From Cyanobacteria bacterium P01_F01_bin.150 (GTDB lineage: Bacteria > Cyanobacteriota > Cyanobacteriia > CAKZMO01): 64,000 bases of DNA. Positions 11,133 through 22,231 of the stretch are shown here, in pieces. Positions within the stretch are counted from its first letter, which is position 1, and the number at the start of each line of letters is the position of its first letter. The translations under genes were made by a program, and so were the position numbers. The notes under the pieces are model-generated. The model had not been told where the DNA came from. It was given only the letters and a program-made list of their open reading frames with translations, and made no database searches. Where the stretch lies: the NCBI GenBank assembly GCA_039189765.1, contig JBCCYL010000010.1:32001-96000 (forward strand). The letters run 5' to 3'.

Positions 11133-12101
11133 CTATTCGTCTTCTCCAAATATCTTCTTGAGGACCATATCAGGCGTAACATCGCTTATTTTATCTGTGG
11201 GGGATTTGACGCCAAGAAACTTATCGCTTTTAGGCAATAACTTATCGGGTTCCGTCGGTCCAAATATTGCTACGGTGTAAACCTGAAGCGATACAGCCAA
11301 ATGCATTGGCGCACTATCGGTGCAGATCATCAGGCTAGCGCCTGCAATCATCGCTGCTAGTTTGCCAATATCCTCAGTTTTAATGACCTTTAAGCCGGAA
11401 ACCACACCTATCAAATCTGCCACTTCTTCTGCATCATCTGGCCCTTCCACCAGAACAATCGGCAGTTCGGGTTGACGATTACGAAACTCTTGAATAATCG
11501 CTTCCCATCCTTCAGTGGAGTAAGTCTTATCAATGCCTTTATCCTTAGAAAATTGGCTAGAGCCGCCATGTATGAGAAGGTAGCCGCCTTGGGCAAGCCC
11601 CAGACGTTCACGTTCAGTCTCAGCCCAATCCACATCGCTCCGAAGCACATCAATAGCTAGATCAGGGCAAGGAGTTGTGACATCTAAGGCTTGCAGTAAG
11701 TCATGGTACATGGCAGCAGCGTACTGCTCAGTTTTAAGCGGAATTGCTTGAGTTAGAAGGCAATTACCAAATGAACTACGATAGCCAATTCGCTCAGGAA
11801 TTCCCGTTAGCCATAGCAAAACCCCCATCGACCAACGTCTATCTAGGGAAATTACCGCATCGTAATAGCGATCGCGCAATACTCCCAGCAGGTTTGCCCA
11901 GTCTGCTGGGCTGCTCCGAGCTTTGAAATCGAAAGGAACAACAGAGCTGGCTGATTGAGAAACACGATAGGCTCCCTTCGCACGAGGCTCCACAACGACG
12001 TCAACGTCGGCTTGCGGATACGCGGTTTTAATCGCGCTGAGTGTAGGAAAAAACAAAATTTGCTCCCCGATTCCACCGGGGACCAGAGCGGCGATTCGCA
12101 T
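11133..12101 (-). CDS. Glycosyltransferase family 9 (heptosyltransferase-like)
   Basis: GGIGEQIL N-terminus; DSAPMHLA and FGPT motifs. Confidence 0.9.
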   Translation of the reverse strand: MRIAALVPGGIGEQILFFPTLSAIKTAYPQADVDVVVEPRAKGAYRVSQSASSVVPFDFKARSSPADWANLLGVLRDRYYDAVISLDRRWSMGVLLWLTGIPERIGYRSSFGNCLLTQAIPLKTEQYAAAMYHDLLQALDVTTPCPDLAIDVLRSDVDWAETERERLGLAQGGYLLIHGGSSQFSKDKGIDKTYSTEGWEAIIQEFRNRQPELPIVLVEGPDDAEEVADLIGVVSGLKVIKTEDIGKLAAMIAGASLMICTDSAPMHLAVSLQVYTVAIFGPTEPDKLLPKSDKFLGVKSPTDKISDVTPDMVLKKIFGEDE

Positions 12102-12371
12102 AGCACCTTAGCAACTAGAGTCCGCAACCATTGTAGGGGAAGTTTCCTCCAAACTCACGGGAATTTGCCAACCTTATTAGAATAAATTTAAGACAGATGC
12201 GACTGAACCGGGAGGCTAGATGCCTGTCACCTTCTACAAATCGACATTTTCTGGCTCATTGAATATTCCAACACGACATTGGCCATTATCTAGTTAGGGC
12301 GCAAAGACTTTTTGAGGAACTGGGCAGACTAAACACAATAGTCCAGCATCTTGTCGTATTAGTCCTCTGCC

Positions 12372-13955
12372 GTGAGCGATTCTAGTTCAACGAACCATTC
12401 GGCCCATTCCCCAGGGGATAAGGTTTGCGATCGCACCCACCCCTCTACCATTTCCTGCTATCAAATCGTGCGGCTGTTGGGCAAAGGCGGAATGGGCGAA
12501 ACCTACGAAGCGAAGGTCTTAGCTAATGCGTCCGTAGGTTCAGGATTCCATCCATCCCATATTGCACTCAAAGTTATTTCTCTGCGGCAAATAACCGATT
12601 GGAAAATCCTAGATTTATTTGAGCGCGAAGCTAACGTCCTAGCTCACTTGGATTATCCCGGTATTCCCCGTTATCTGGATTCGTTTTATGTCGATGTGGA
12701 TACGGCAAACGAGATCCAAGCCAATCGCTACTTTTATCTGGTGCGAGAACTGATTCCAGGGGAGTCTTTGGGAGATTTAGCAACAAGCGGCTGGCATCCC
12801 CAAGAAGCCGAAATAAAAACTATTGCCCTACAGGTACTTCGCATTCTGGACTATCTTCATACCCTATCTCCTCCTCTGATCCACCGAGATATTAAGCCCC
12901 AAAATCTAATTCGTCGTCCAGACGGCAAGATTTTTCTGGTGGATTTTGGCTCAGTACAGGAAATCTATCGTCATACTTTTCTGGGCAGCAATACCTTTGT
13001 GGGCACCGCTAGATATATGCCTCCAGAACAGTTCCGAGGACAAGTATCTGCGGCCTCTGATCTATATGGCCTTGGAGCCACGCTGCTGTATTTGGCTACC
13101 CGTAAAACCCCAGACCAGCTTCCCCAATCAAGAATGAAAGTTGATTTAGCGACTTGCACCCATTTCTCCCGGTCCTTCACCGCATGGCTGGATAAGCTGC
13201 TGGAACCAATGGAAGAGGATCGATTTCAACAGGCTAAAGCCGCAGCACAGGCACTAAAACAATCGGAACTGCTCCTGCCCCAAGAAGAACCGCAAACCTC
13301 GACATTGGTGCCCATATATCCCTCAACTAAACTTTTTTCAGCTCGTAATCGTCTTCCGATGATTACGAGGCCCGCAAATGCAAGGTCCGTGGTGGAGCGA
13401 TCGCCTCAATCACTCTTAATCAAAATTCCACTTCCACAGAAACAGGAGCTTAATTGGGATCTAGCATCATTGGACCCGAAGCAGCTAGCTATCGAAATCT
13501 GTATCTTGAGCATTCTATTTTTGGGTGTTGCTGGATTAGTAGTTGCTATTTGGCAGATAGCATTTGCAGCTCAAGTACCAGTGATGATATTCCTGTTTTT
13601 CTGGATAGCTATCCTAACCCTATGTGTTCTCAGAGGAACTTGGAGTACCCCATTGGAAGAAGGACTCACAGGCCATGAAGATACATTGCATTTGGTGCTT
13701 CAAGATCCATTCTTTGAATTGAAATACTTAATGCAATACCGTTGCACAAAAAAAATTCGTGGTCATACAGATAATCTCCACGTCTCTCTCCAAATTATTA
13801 AAAGAAGAAATGGCTATGCCCCACAATTTGTTTGCGTCTTAAGTGGAAAAAGCCATGATTACAAGTTTGGACAACATTTGAGTCGAGAAGAGCAGGAATG
13901 GCTAGTGGCCGAAATAACGATATTTCTCAAATCTTTTCGAGAAGAGAATATGTAG
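12372..13955 (+). CDS. Hanks-type Ser/Thr protein kinase with two TM helices
   Basis: LGKGGMG, ALK, HRDIKPQN, DFG, YMPPEQ, SDLYGLG. Confidence 0.92.
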   Translation: MSDSSSTNHSAHSPGDKVCDRTHPSTISCYQIVRLLGKGGMGETYEAKVLANASVGSGFHPSHIALKVISLRQITDWKILDLFEREANVLAHLDYPGIPRYLDSFYVDVDTANEIQANRYFYLVRELIPGESLGDLATSGWHPQEAEIKTIALQVLRILDYLHTLSPPLIHRDIKPQNLIRRPDGKIFLVDFGSVQEIYRHTFLGSNTFVGTARYMPPEQFRGQVSAASDLYGLGATLLYLATRKTPDQLPQSRMKVDLATCTHFSRSFTAWLDKLLEPMEEDRFQQAKAAAQALKQSELLLPQEEPQTSTLVPIYPSTKLFSARNRLPMITRPANARSVVERSPQSLLIKIPLPQKQELNWDLASLDPKQLAIEICILSILFLGVAGLVVAIWQIAFAAQVPVMIFLFFWIAILTLCVLRGTWSTPLEEGLTGHEDTLHLVLQDPFFELKYLMQYRCTKKIRGHTDNLHVSLQIIKRRNGYAPQFVCVLSGKSHDYKFGQHLSREEQEWLVAEITIFLKSFREENM

Positions 13956-13957
13956 TT

Positions 13958-13987
13958 GTAGGTTGGGTTGACGCAAGGAACCCCAAC
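13958..13987 (+). repeat. REP-like element (GTAG foot + hairpin)
   Basis: GTAG-GTTGGGTT-GACGCAAGG-AACCCCAAC immediately after the kinase stop codon. Confidence 0.6.
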
Positions 13988-14368
13988 AAAAACTTTGACT
14001 AAGGATAAACCTGGGAGTTAATCCTCTCGTATGGCATGGGAAATATAGCATTTATGATTGTGAATGATGCATGGCCCTAAGCTCATCTGTTCAAGAGTCT
14101 TGACGCAGCTCTCTAATGATTTCTAGCGATAATCCGGTTGGTCTCTGGAATGGTCTCTAACTCACGGGCATTGAAGTATGAAATATATTTTGGCCACAAT
14201 AATCTCTATTCCTCGTTTTTCATTTACTTAAATGAATAGTAATCATTGGGAAGAGCGATCGCCCTCAGATCCTCATCACGTAAGACATTACACTCAAACC
14301 ACGAAGCATATCTGAAGAAAACATTAAAGGATACTGGTCACAATGGTCCCCAAACCTGGTAGATTTGA

Positions 14369-15562
<1,194 letters not shown>

Positions 15563-15569
15563 TCCAAGC

Positions 15570-15649
15570 GTAGGGTGGGAAAAAAAGTGCCTGCCCATCA
15601 TTGCAGTTATCGTGATGGGCACTGTCTTATGGCCTTTGCCCATCTTTAC
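15570..15649. repeat. Inverted REP doublet (REPIN-like)
   Basis: GTAGGGTGGG...TGCCCATC, spacer, GATGGGCA...TGCCCATCTTTAC, between sqdB and sqdX. Confidence 0.6.
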
Positions 15650-15740
15650 TTTTTAACTCTCAACGCTATGAATGAGAGCATGTAGGATAATCCCTGTTGA
15701 TATCTTTTGTTAGTTGTTATTCCAGTCTTTCAGTTAACCT

Positions 15741-16874
15741 ATGCGGATTGCCTTATTTACCGAAACGTTTTTACCCAAGGTTGATGGTATTGTGACTCGT
15801 CTCAGTCATACTGTCGATCATCTTCAACGTATGGGCAATCAAGTTCTGGTGGTGTCTCCAGACGGTGGATTGAAAGAGTACAAAGGCGCAAAAATTTACG
15901 GGGTTCCGGGATTTCCCATGCCTCTGTATCCAGAATTGAAATTAGCGATTCCTCGTCCGGCTATTGGAGATGAGTTGGGAGACTTCAAGCCTGATTTGGT
16001 CCACTTGGTGAATCCCGCAGTTTTGGGGCTGGGTGGGCTTTACTATGCTAAAGCGTTAAATGTGCCACTGGTTGCGTCCTATCATACCCACTTACCGAAG
16101 TATTTAGAGCACTACAACATGGGAATGTTGGAGGGGGTGCTGTGGGAGTTATTGAAAGTTGCCCACAACCAAGCGGCGATTAATCTCTGCACCTCAACTG
16201 CAATGCAGACAGAGTTGACGGACCATGGCATTGAGCGAGTGGAGGTATGGCAGCGGGGTGTGGATACAGAATTATTTCAGCCTGAGTTGGCGAATGCAGA
16301 AATGCGATCGCGTCTTAGCCAAGGCAACCCTGACAGTCCTCTTTTGCTCTACGTTGGCCGCTTATCGGCGGAAAAGGAAGTTGATCGAATTAAGCCCGTA
16401 TTGGAGTCTATTCCTAATGCCCGTCTTGCTTTAGTCGGTGATGGTCCCTATCGAAAAGAATTGGAAGAACATTTTGCAGGAACTGCTACTCACTTTGTAG
16501 GCTATCTAACTGGACGGGATTTGGGCGAAGCGTTTGCCTCTGCCGATGCCTTTGTTTTCCCTTCTCGGACTGAAACCTTAGGGCTAGTCTTGCTTGAAGC
16601 GATGGCGGCCGGTTGTCCCGTGGTGGCTGCACGGTCTGGAGGTATTACAGATATTGTGGACGATGGTATCAATGGCTATCTGTTTGATCCAAAGGATGAA
16701 GAAGGAGCAATTAAAGCAACTAAGATGTTGTTGTCCCAGACAGAAGAGCGGGAAAAGTTACGGCAAAATGCTCGCCAAGAAGCAGAGCGCTGGGGTTGGG
16801 CAGCGGCGACAAAGCAATTGGAAGGATTCTATGAGGATATTCTGGCCCAAACCGCTGGTCCTAAAGCAGCTTGA
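15741..16874 (+). CDS. sqdX: Sulfoquinovosyl-diacylglycerol synthase (GT4)
   Basis: MRIALFTETFLPKVDGIV, YVGRL, ETLGLVLLEAMA; follows sqdB. Confidence 0.93.
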   Translation: MRIALFTETFLPKVDGIVTRLSHTVDHLQRMGNQVLVVSPDGGLKEYKGAKIYGVPGFPMPLYPELKLAIPRPAIGDELGDFKPDLVHLVNPAVLGLGGLYYAKALNVPLVASYHTHLPKYLEHYNMGMLEGVLWELLKVAHNQAAINLCTSTAMQTELTDHGIERVEVWQRGVDTELFQPELANAEMRSRLSQGNPDSPLLLYVGRLSAEKEVDRIKPVLESIPNARLALVGDGPYRKELEEHFAGTATHFVGYLTGRDLGEAFASADAFVFPSRTETLGLVLLEAMAAGCPVVAARSGGITDIVDDGINGYLFDPKDEEGAIKATKMLLSQTEEREKLRQNARQEAERWGWAAATKQLEGFYEDILAQTAGPKAA

Positions 16875-16985
16875 GACAAAGTAATAAAGCATCTTGGTTC
16901 TAATCCGCTCTATGGTCTAAACGGCTTTGGGCGATCGCAGCCAAAATACTTGCGTGCACTATTAAATGTCCCGAGCGCCGGGAGC

Positions 16986-17369
16986 TTATACCTTTATCTC
17001 ATAGTTCAATTTAGCCTCGTCACCTGTGATACCTCTGAATCCCCAATTGGAAGCTGGAGATTCTGAAATTGTTATTTCAATATCTGCCGACGTTATGCTT
17101 ATTTCTGACTCAATTTTTTCAAATAAGAGATGGATTAGTTTCTTCTTGGCCTCAACTGAACGGCCTTCCATCATGGATATTTCAATAACTGTATAAGCAT
17201 CCGTTCTGCCTTCTGGATAGAAGTAATTCTCTTTTTCCATAGGAATAAATCTGTGGGCGCGTTTATTGTCAGGAAATGACAGTGCCTCAACCATGCACTG
17301 ATTAATGACATCAGAGAGTTTTGCCTTTATTGGATTGAGCTTTTCTTTTATACCGTATATACGGATCAT
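16986..17369 (-). CDS. Tautomerase-superfamily protein
   Basis: IEISMMEGRSVEAKKKLI...IEITISESPASNWGFRG pattern. Confidence 0.8.
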   Translation of the reverse strand: MIRIYGIKEKLNPIKAKLSDVINQCMVEALSFPDNKRAHRFIPMEKENYFYPEGRTDAYTVIEISMMEGRSVEAKKKLIHLLFEKIESEISITSADIEITISESPASNWGFRGITGDEAKLNYEIKV

Positions 17370-17473
17370 GTTTTTCTCCTTTACGTATAAACATTGCTTC
17401 AGCGTTAGAGCTACTGGATGCTCCCTAGCTCTCCATAGTCATACAGCAGATTTGACGAACAATACCCACAGAA

Positions 17474-17500
17474 CACACCACCTGCCTAAAGCTGATACCC
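17474..17500 (-). repeat. MITE-like element, left-end fragment
   Basis: Reverse complement GGGTATCAGCTTTAGGCAGGTGGTGTG matches the left end of the copy at 866. Confidence 0.75.
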
Positions 17501-17677
17501 TGTCAAACTTTCGCCATAAAAATAAATCGCGAAGAGGCCGAAGGTAGACAAACATTACGTCACCCAAAAGAGATTGAACACTAGAGAAACGATCAGGGAT
17601 GAAAAAGCTTTAAAGAAAATAAAACATAAAACACAAACAGGCATTCATGAAGCCATGCATGCTAAAGTAAAAAAGCA

Positions 17678-17705
17678 AATCCATGAATAATTGTTCATAT
17701 ATATT
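17678..17705 (+). promoter_or_regulatory. SmtB/ArsR-type operator upstream of smtA
   Basis: AATCC-ATGAATAA/TTGTTCAT-ATATATT inverted repeat resembling the smt 12-2-12 operator, about 20 bp before the ATG. Confidence 0.75.
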
Positions 17706-17725
17706 GATTAATTCAGGAGGTTGTT

Positions 17726-17896
17726 ATGGCTGCTATTACTCAATTGAAGTGTGCCTGTAAGTCTTGCTTGTGTATTGTGGACATAAGCAGTGCTGTTCAA
17801 AAGGCAAGTCAATACTATTGCTCCGATGCCTGTGCTGATGGGCACATCGGGGGTACAGCTACATGTGCTCACACTAGCTGTGGCTGCCATAATTAG
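17726..17896 (+). CDS. smtA: Bacterial metallothionein SmtA (56 aa; absent from the ORF track)
   Basis: MAAITQLKCACKSCLCIVDISSAVQKASQYYCSDACADGHIGGTATCAHTSCGCHN: 9 Cys + 3 His in SmtA spacing (CxCxxCxC...YCSxxCxxxH...CxHxxCxCH); AGGAGG RBS. Confidence 0.95.
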   Translation: MAAITQLKCACKSCLCIVDISSAVQKASQYYCSDACADGHIGGTATCAHTSCGCHN

Positions 17897-17994
17897 GCCA
17901 ATTAAGGACTTAGTCTCAGGCACCCAAGATTGACAGGACATGAGGAAGGGCCTCTTTAGCATTCAACTGTTGGCCCTTCCCCATTTGGAGCAAT

Positions 17995-18765
17995 CTATGG
18001 CATTGTTAAACCACCATCTACAGAAATTGATTGCCCTGTAATCGCATTACTCCAGTCGGATGCAAATAGAAGGACTGACTGAGCAAATTCCTCTACTGAA
18101 ATTGCCTGACGTAATGGCGTGCTGTTGGCAACTAGTTCAAATACTTCATCCGTTGTAACGCTGCTTGCATCCGTCGTTCGTAGCAATCCACCTGCAATTA
18201 GGTTGACTCGGATGCCATACTGTCCCAGTTCCGCCGCAAGGTTACGAGTCAAGCCAACCAAAGCGGATTTTGCTGTGGTGTAGTCATAGTAAGTGACCAC
18301 GGGGTTGTATACCAGGTTGGTTGATATATTGATCACCTTGCCAAATCGCTGCGCTTTCATATGGGGCATCGCCGCCTTCACCATATTGAGTGCCCCTTTC
18401 ACGGCCCCATCAATTTGCTGCAAAAAATTATCCCATTCAACCGTTTCAATACTCGTATACGGTGCAGCAGGATCGAACTTGTAGGTCGGCAATGCATTGT
18501 TGACCACTACATCAACCTTGCTATAGGCATTGACAACCTCTTCCACCATCGCTTCAACATCTGAATAAACCGTAACATCAGCTTGATGAGCAAAAGCTTT
18601 GCCGCCTTGCCCATCAATAGCTTCTACGACCTGGTTAGCCTGGTCAGCATTTTTCAAATAGTTAACGCAAACAGCTGCACCTTCATTCGCTAAAACTTTG
18701 GCAACACTGGCACCTACGCCACGACTAGCGCCCGTAACGATAACAACTTTATTCTTGAGAATCAT
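17995..18765 (-). CDS. SDR-family oxidoreductase (FabG-like)
   Basis: TGASRGVG, NNA, YTTAK, ITGQ..VDGG. Confidence 0.9.
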   Translation of the reverse strand: MILKNKVVIVTGASRGVGASVAKVLANEGAAVCVNYLKNADQANQVVEAIDGQGGKAFAHQADVTVYSDVEAMVEEVVNAYSKVDVVVNNALPTYKFDPAAPYTSIETVEWDNFLQQIDGAVKGALNMVKAAMPHMKAQRFGKVINISTNLVYNPVVTYYDYTTAKSALVGLTRNLAAELGQYGIRVNLIAGGLLRTTDASSVTTDEVFELVANSTPLRQAISVEEFAQSVLLFASDWSNAITGQSISVDGGLTMP

Positions 18766-19082
18766 AACTCGCTACTATTATCACTGGTTGACTCAAGTTC
18801 TGCATCAAGTATCTGAATCTGCTCAATAATCCCCATAAGTTTCTTCCCAAATGGAGTTAAAGAGTATTCTGTACGGGGCGGCACTTCAGGAAAAGTCTGC
18901 TTTGCCAGTAGTCCATACGCTGTTAGTTTTCGTAGTCGCTCCGACAGGACTTTTTTAGAAATCCCATCAATATGTTTCTCAAGTATACCTGGTCGTATAA
19001 ACCCATTATCAACAGCAAGTAGAACCGAGACTGACCATTTACAGCCAAGAACACTTTCGAGTTTTCGAGAGCTACTTTGCAT
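18762..19082 (-). CDS. HxlR-family winged-helix regulator
   Basis: KWS..IS.KVL.ERLRKL...VPPRTEYSLT; ATGA overlap with the SDR gene. Confidence 0.9.
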   Translation of the reverse strand: MQSSSRKLESVLGCKWSVSVLLAVDNGFIRPGILEKHIDGISKKVLSERLRKLTAYGLLAKQTFPEVPPRTEYSLTPFGKKLMGIIEQIQILDAELESTSDNSSEL

Positions 19083-19121
19083 TTGTTTACTATTTTTTTC
19101 TGCAGCTACTTCGCCAAATTA

Positions 19122-19154
19122 CACCAAAAAGTGCCTACCCCACCAAAAAGTGCC
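19122..19154. promoter_or_regulatory. Tandem 14-bp direct repeat, probable HxlR operator
   Basis: CACCAAAAAGTGCC at 19122-19135 and 19141-19154, just upstream of hxlR. Confidence 0.6.
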
Positions 19155-19282
19155 CTCTTGTCTGGATATTGAAACTAGGTTTAGTCTAAGAATAAGCGTA
19201 CATCGCAAAACATATCCTATCTATACCATATCCCTCTGGGTTTAGCTCCAAAAATTAACCTTAGCATTTCAGTTTTAAGAGC

Positions 19283-19356
19283 GATTTTAGGCAATTAGAG
19301 TGAGCACTTTGTAGCCACACTATTGTTAGTTTTACTTCGCCTTAAAACGAAACCCC
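19283..19356 (+). repeat. MITE-like element, degenerate copy
   Basis: TTTAGGC...CCACACTATTGTTAGTTTTACTTCGCCTTAAAACGAAACCCC. Confidence 0.8.
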
Positions 19357-19734
19357 ATATTTGAATTATCCTAAATCCCGACCAGCGGGTGGCCGGTGGT
19401 TTATCTGTCAAAGAATTTAAGCAAGACGATGCTTCGGTCGTAATACCATCAACAAATCCTAGAATGCCAATGCTGGACTCGCCGGGCTTTGAAATCTTAC
19501 TTCAAGATAATTGTATAGAAGTCTTAGTGCCAGCCACGTGTATGAGGTTTTGTCTGATGATCTCAGCCTGCCCTTTTCCGTAAATTAAGCAGAGTAATAA
19601 AGCCAGAAAAATCGCTTTATAGCGGTTATAAATCGTTTGTATTTCAGGACAAGAAGCTGGAGTATGGAGCGCTCTAGCTTCTCGCTAGATTCTTTCATCT
19701 AAAGTTTCTTTATCACTAGTTAAGGTCTTAATAA

Positions 19735-20193
19735 ATGACTAAATTTTATCTCCAGACTGAACAAGTTCTTCAGGGAAACTTCTCCATTCAGGCTCTTAAC
19801 CTAGTCCTTATCTTTCAGGTTAACTGTCCTGGCTGTTTTATTTATGCGTTGCCGTTAGCAGCAAACTTACATGAGAAGTATGGCAACCGTATCAATATTT
19901 TAGGACTTTCTACGGCATTTGAAGATTTTGATTTAAATACTATAGCTAATACCGAAAAGCTTTTGCAGTCTGGCGAGATGATAGGATTAACTCGACAATA
20001 TTTTCAGCAAAAGCATATCGAGAAATATCCCATCCCCCTAAAATTTGCGATCGCGTTTGACCATGAAACGTTTTGCCTCAACTCACTGCCTGGAACCCCA
20101 ACGTGGGTTGTTTTTGATGGTGAATATAATATATTGGCTAGCTGGTTTGGGCATAAATCGGAAGAAGAGGTTGAAAATATACTTCCCCTTTAA
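19735..20193 (+). CDS. Thioredoxin-fold protein (CPGC)
   Basis: FQVNCPGC and GTPTW cis-Pro motifs. Confidence 0.75.
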   Translation: MTKFYLQTEQVLQGNFSIQALNLVLIFQVNCPGCFIYALPLAANLHEKYGNRINILGLSTAFEDFDLNTIANTEKLLQSGEMIGLTRQYFQQKHIEKYPIPLKFAIAFDHETFCLNSLPGTPTWVVFDGEYNILASWFGHKSEEEVENILPL

Positions 20194-20195
20194 TT

Positions 20196-20237
20196 AAGAA
20201 AGGTGAGTCAGCAACTTGTGTCTAACTCGCCTTTTTT
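20196..20237. terminator. Terminator between convergent genes
   Basis: AAAGGTGAGTCAG / CTAACTCGCCTTT stem followed by a T-run. Confidence 0.55.
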
Positions 20238-20314
20238 ACAATTTAACGGGATACAGAATCAACATGAATCCCAAGTATCCCGTCCTGAGGTTAAAGATGC
20301 GATCGCCACCCAAT

Positions 20315-20953
20315 CTACTTATTAGGCTGGGGGGTCATCCGCAAATAAGGCTTAACTTCCTTATAGCCCTTGGGGAACTTCTCTTTTAAGACATCAGGGT
20401 CTTTAATTGATGGAACAATTACACAATCGTCACCATCGTTCCAGTTCGCTGGGGTAGCAACGCTGTGGTAAGCAGTCAACTGCAATGAATCAATCACGCG
20501 AAGGATTTCATCAAAGTTACGACCAGTACTCGCTGGATACGTCAAGTTCAGCTTGAGTTTCTTATCAGGGGAAATAATAAATACAGTGCGTACCGTAAGC
20601 GTATTGTCAGCGTTGGGGTGAATCATGTCATAGAGATCAGACACCTTGCGATCGATATCCGCCAAAATCGGATAGTTCACCGATGTAGTCTGAGTCTCAT
20701 CAATATCTTTTATCCAGCCATGATGGGAGTCAACACCATCCACACTCAATGCAATGGGCTTAACATTACGTGCCTCAAATTCAGCTTTAAGCTTTGCTAC
20801 TGTCCCCAATTCCGTTGTGCAAACAGGGGTATAGTCAGCGGGATGGGAAAAAAGTACGACCCAGCTATCTCCAGCCCAGTCATAAAAATTGATTTCTCCC
20901 ATGCTAGATTGCTGGGTAAAATCGGGTACCGTATCACCTAATCGAAGTGCCAT
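20315..20953 (-). CDS. 1-Cys peroxiredoxin (Prx6)
   Basis: FSHPADYTPVCTTE, YPASTGRNFDE, ATPANW. Confidence 0.95.
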   Translation of the reverse strand: MALRLGDTVPDFTQQSSMGEINFYDWAGDSWVVLFSHPADYTPVCTTELGTVAKLKAEFEARNVKPIALSVDGVDSHHGWIKDIDETQTTSVNYPILADIDRKVSDLYDMIHPNADNTLTVRTVFIISPDKKLKLNLTYPASTGRNFDEILRVIDSLQLTAYHSVATPANWNDGDDCVIVPSIKDPDVLKEKFPKGYKEVKPYLRMTPQPNK

Positions 20954-21192
20954 AAACCTAACCTTCTAAATTTATAAAAAACTTTCGAACGGGCAGATTA
21001 TTAGTGAACAGTTGATATGTCACAAAATAATCCCTAGCCTTATCAACATCGGCGCACTCGCTACAACGTTAGATTGGCAAATGCTATCCTACTACACTTC
21101 CGCCACGGGAATATTTAGTATTGTCAATATTTGAGGGGATGCTGGAACACTCCACGCGTTGGTATCTCATTGTAAAATACAGGCCCAATAGA

Positions 21193-21645
21193 CTATATGT
21201 AATACATAGTGCTGGCATGTTGACGAACGTCTCGTTTTTCCACAATGTCCTTCAAAGAGTATTGGCTCAGAGTTGATGCCATAGCCTTTTGAGCTTCTCC
21301 CCAAACTTCATACACGACCAGGCTTTCCATCGTGTGATTCTCGCCATCTCCGTTACTAATCACTGCATAATTGTGTTGCCCTCCATCTACACACTGCACC
21401 ACATCCAATACAGAAATGTTGCTTGGCTCACCAGAAAGCAAATAGCCTCCATTAACCCCCCGCTGGCTACGAACAAGACCACCCCGCTTTAAGGTTGCCA
21501 GTACCTGCTCAAGATATCGATCGGGAATATTCTGGCGACGGGCAATCTCACGGCTTTGGAGTGGATCACCACTCGCATACATCGTCGCTAGTTCTACCAA
21601 CGCTGATAGAGCGTACTTACATTTACAATTTAGCGCAAAGGACAT
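21193..21645 (-). CDS. Rrf2-family regulator, CymR-like
   Basis: IP.RYLEQ...GLVRSQRG.NGGY; no Fe-S Cys triad; C-terminal MYYI. Confidence 0.88.
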   Translation of the reverse strand: MSFALNCKCKYALSALVELATMYASGDPLQSREIARRQNIPDRYLEQVLATLKRGGLVRSQRGVNGGYLLSGEPSNISVLDVVQCVDGGQHNYAVISNGDGENHTMESLVVYEVWGEAQKAMASTLSQYSLKDIVEKRDVRQHASTMYYI

Positions 21646-22043
21646 GGGCGATCGCCTGAAAATACAAATAAGGTGCTTGATAAAAATACAAACCACTACT
21701 GCTTGGTTTGCTTAATTGACACTCAATCTCACGTCATCCCATAAAAATATGACACACAATCACGTCTTAATGAGAATTTTTCTATTTAGGCCGCAACAGT
21801 AGCATCTTAACCAACTTGAGAAAGACCTGACATTTTGTCTGTAATGCTCTTGGAATGATAGCCAGCGGAATTTAGCAAGATGCTAAGCTGATCCCCCTGA
21901 CTGAGATGAAACAATCTTCCGGAACACTTCACGCGCTAGAATCTCGCTTCAAAACCTAAATTCTGTGAATTTAGGGACGAATACTTTTACAAAGGATGAA
22001 TATCCATAAAATAGTAATCGGTGATACATTATTATATATGCCA

Positions 22044-22070
22044 TAATCCCGACCGGATTACCGGAAATTA
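22044..22070. promoter_or_regulatory. Inverted repeat upstream of sir, candidate Rrf2 box
   Basis: TAATCC-CGACC-GGATTA overlapping a wider imperfect repeat TAATCCCG...CGGAAATTA. Confidence 0.4.
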
Positions 22071-22231
22071 AATTAACAATTTGCACGATAAGCAGGTATG
22101 GTGATTATGGTCATACTGAAACCAGCGCTGCTAGTTAGCGCTTCGTATTATCTGTAGGGGTCTGCCTTTAAGGGTTCTGACTACTTCTACATCTGTTAAC
22201 ATCTGTCATTTTCGCTATTGCTCGCTGAATC

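Noticed and set aside
17708..17962. 84-aa minus-strand ORF in the track
   Set aside because: Antisense shadow of the real smtA gene (17726-17896, + strand).
19389..19583. 64-aa ORF after the MITE copy
   Set aside because: No recognisable protein in the frames I translated on either strand.
16940..20040. HIP1 absence as proof of horizontal origin of the smtA islet
   Set aside because: Core genes such as sqdB and petH also lack HIP1 over 1-2 kb, so the evidence is weak on its own.
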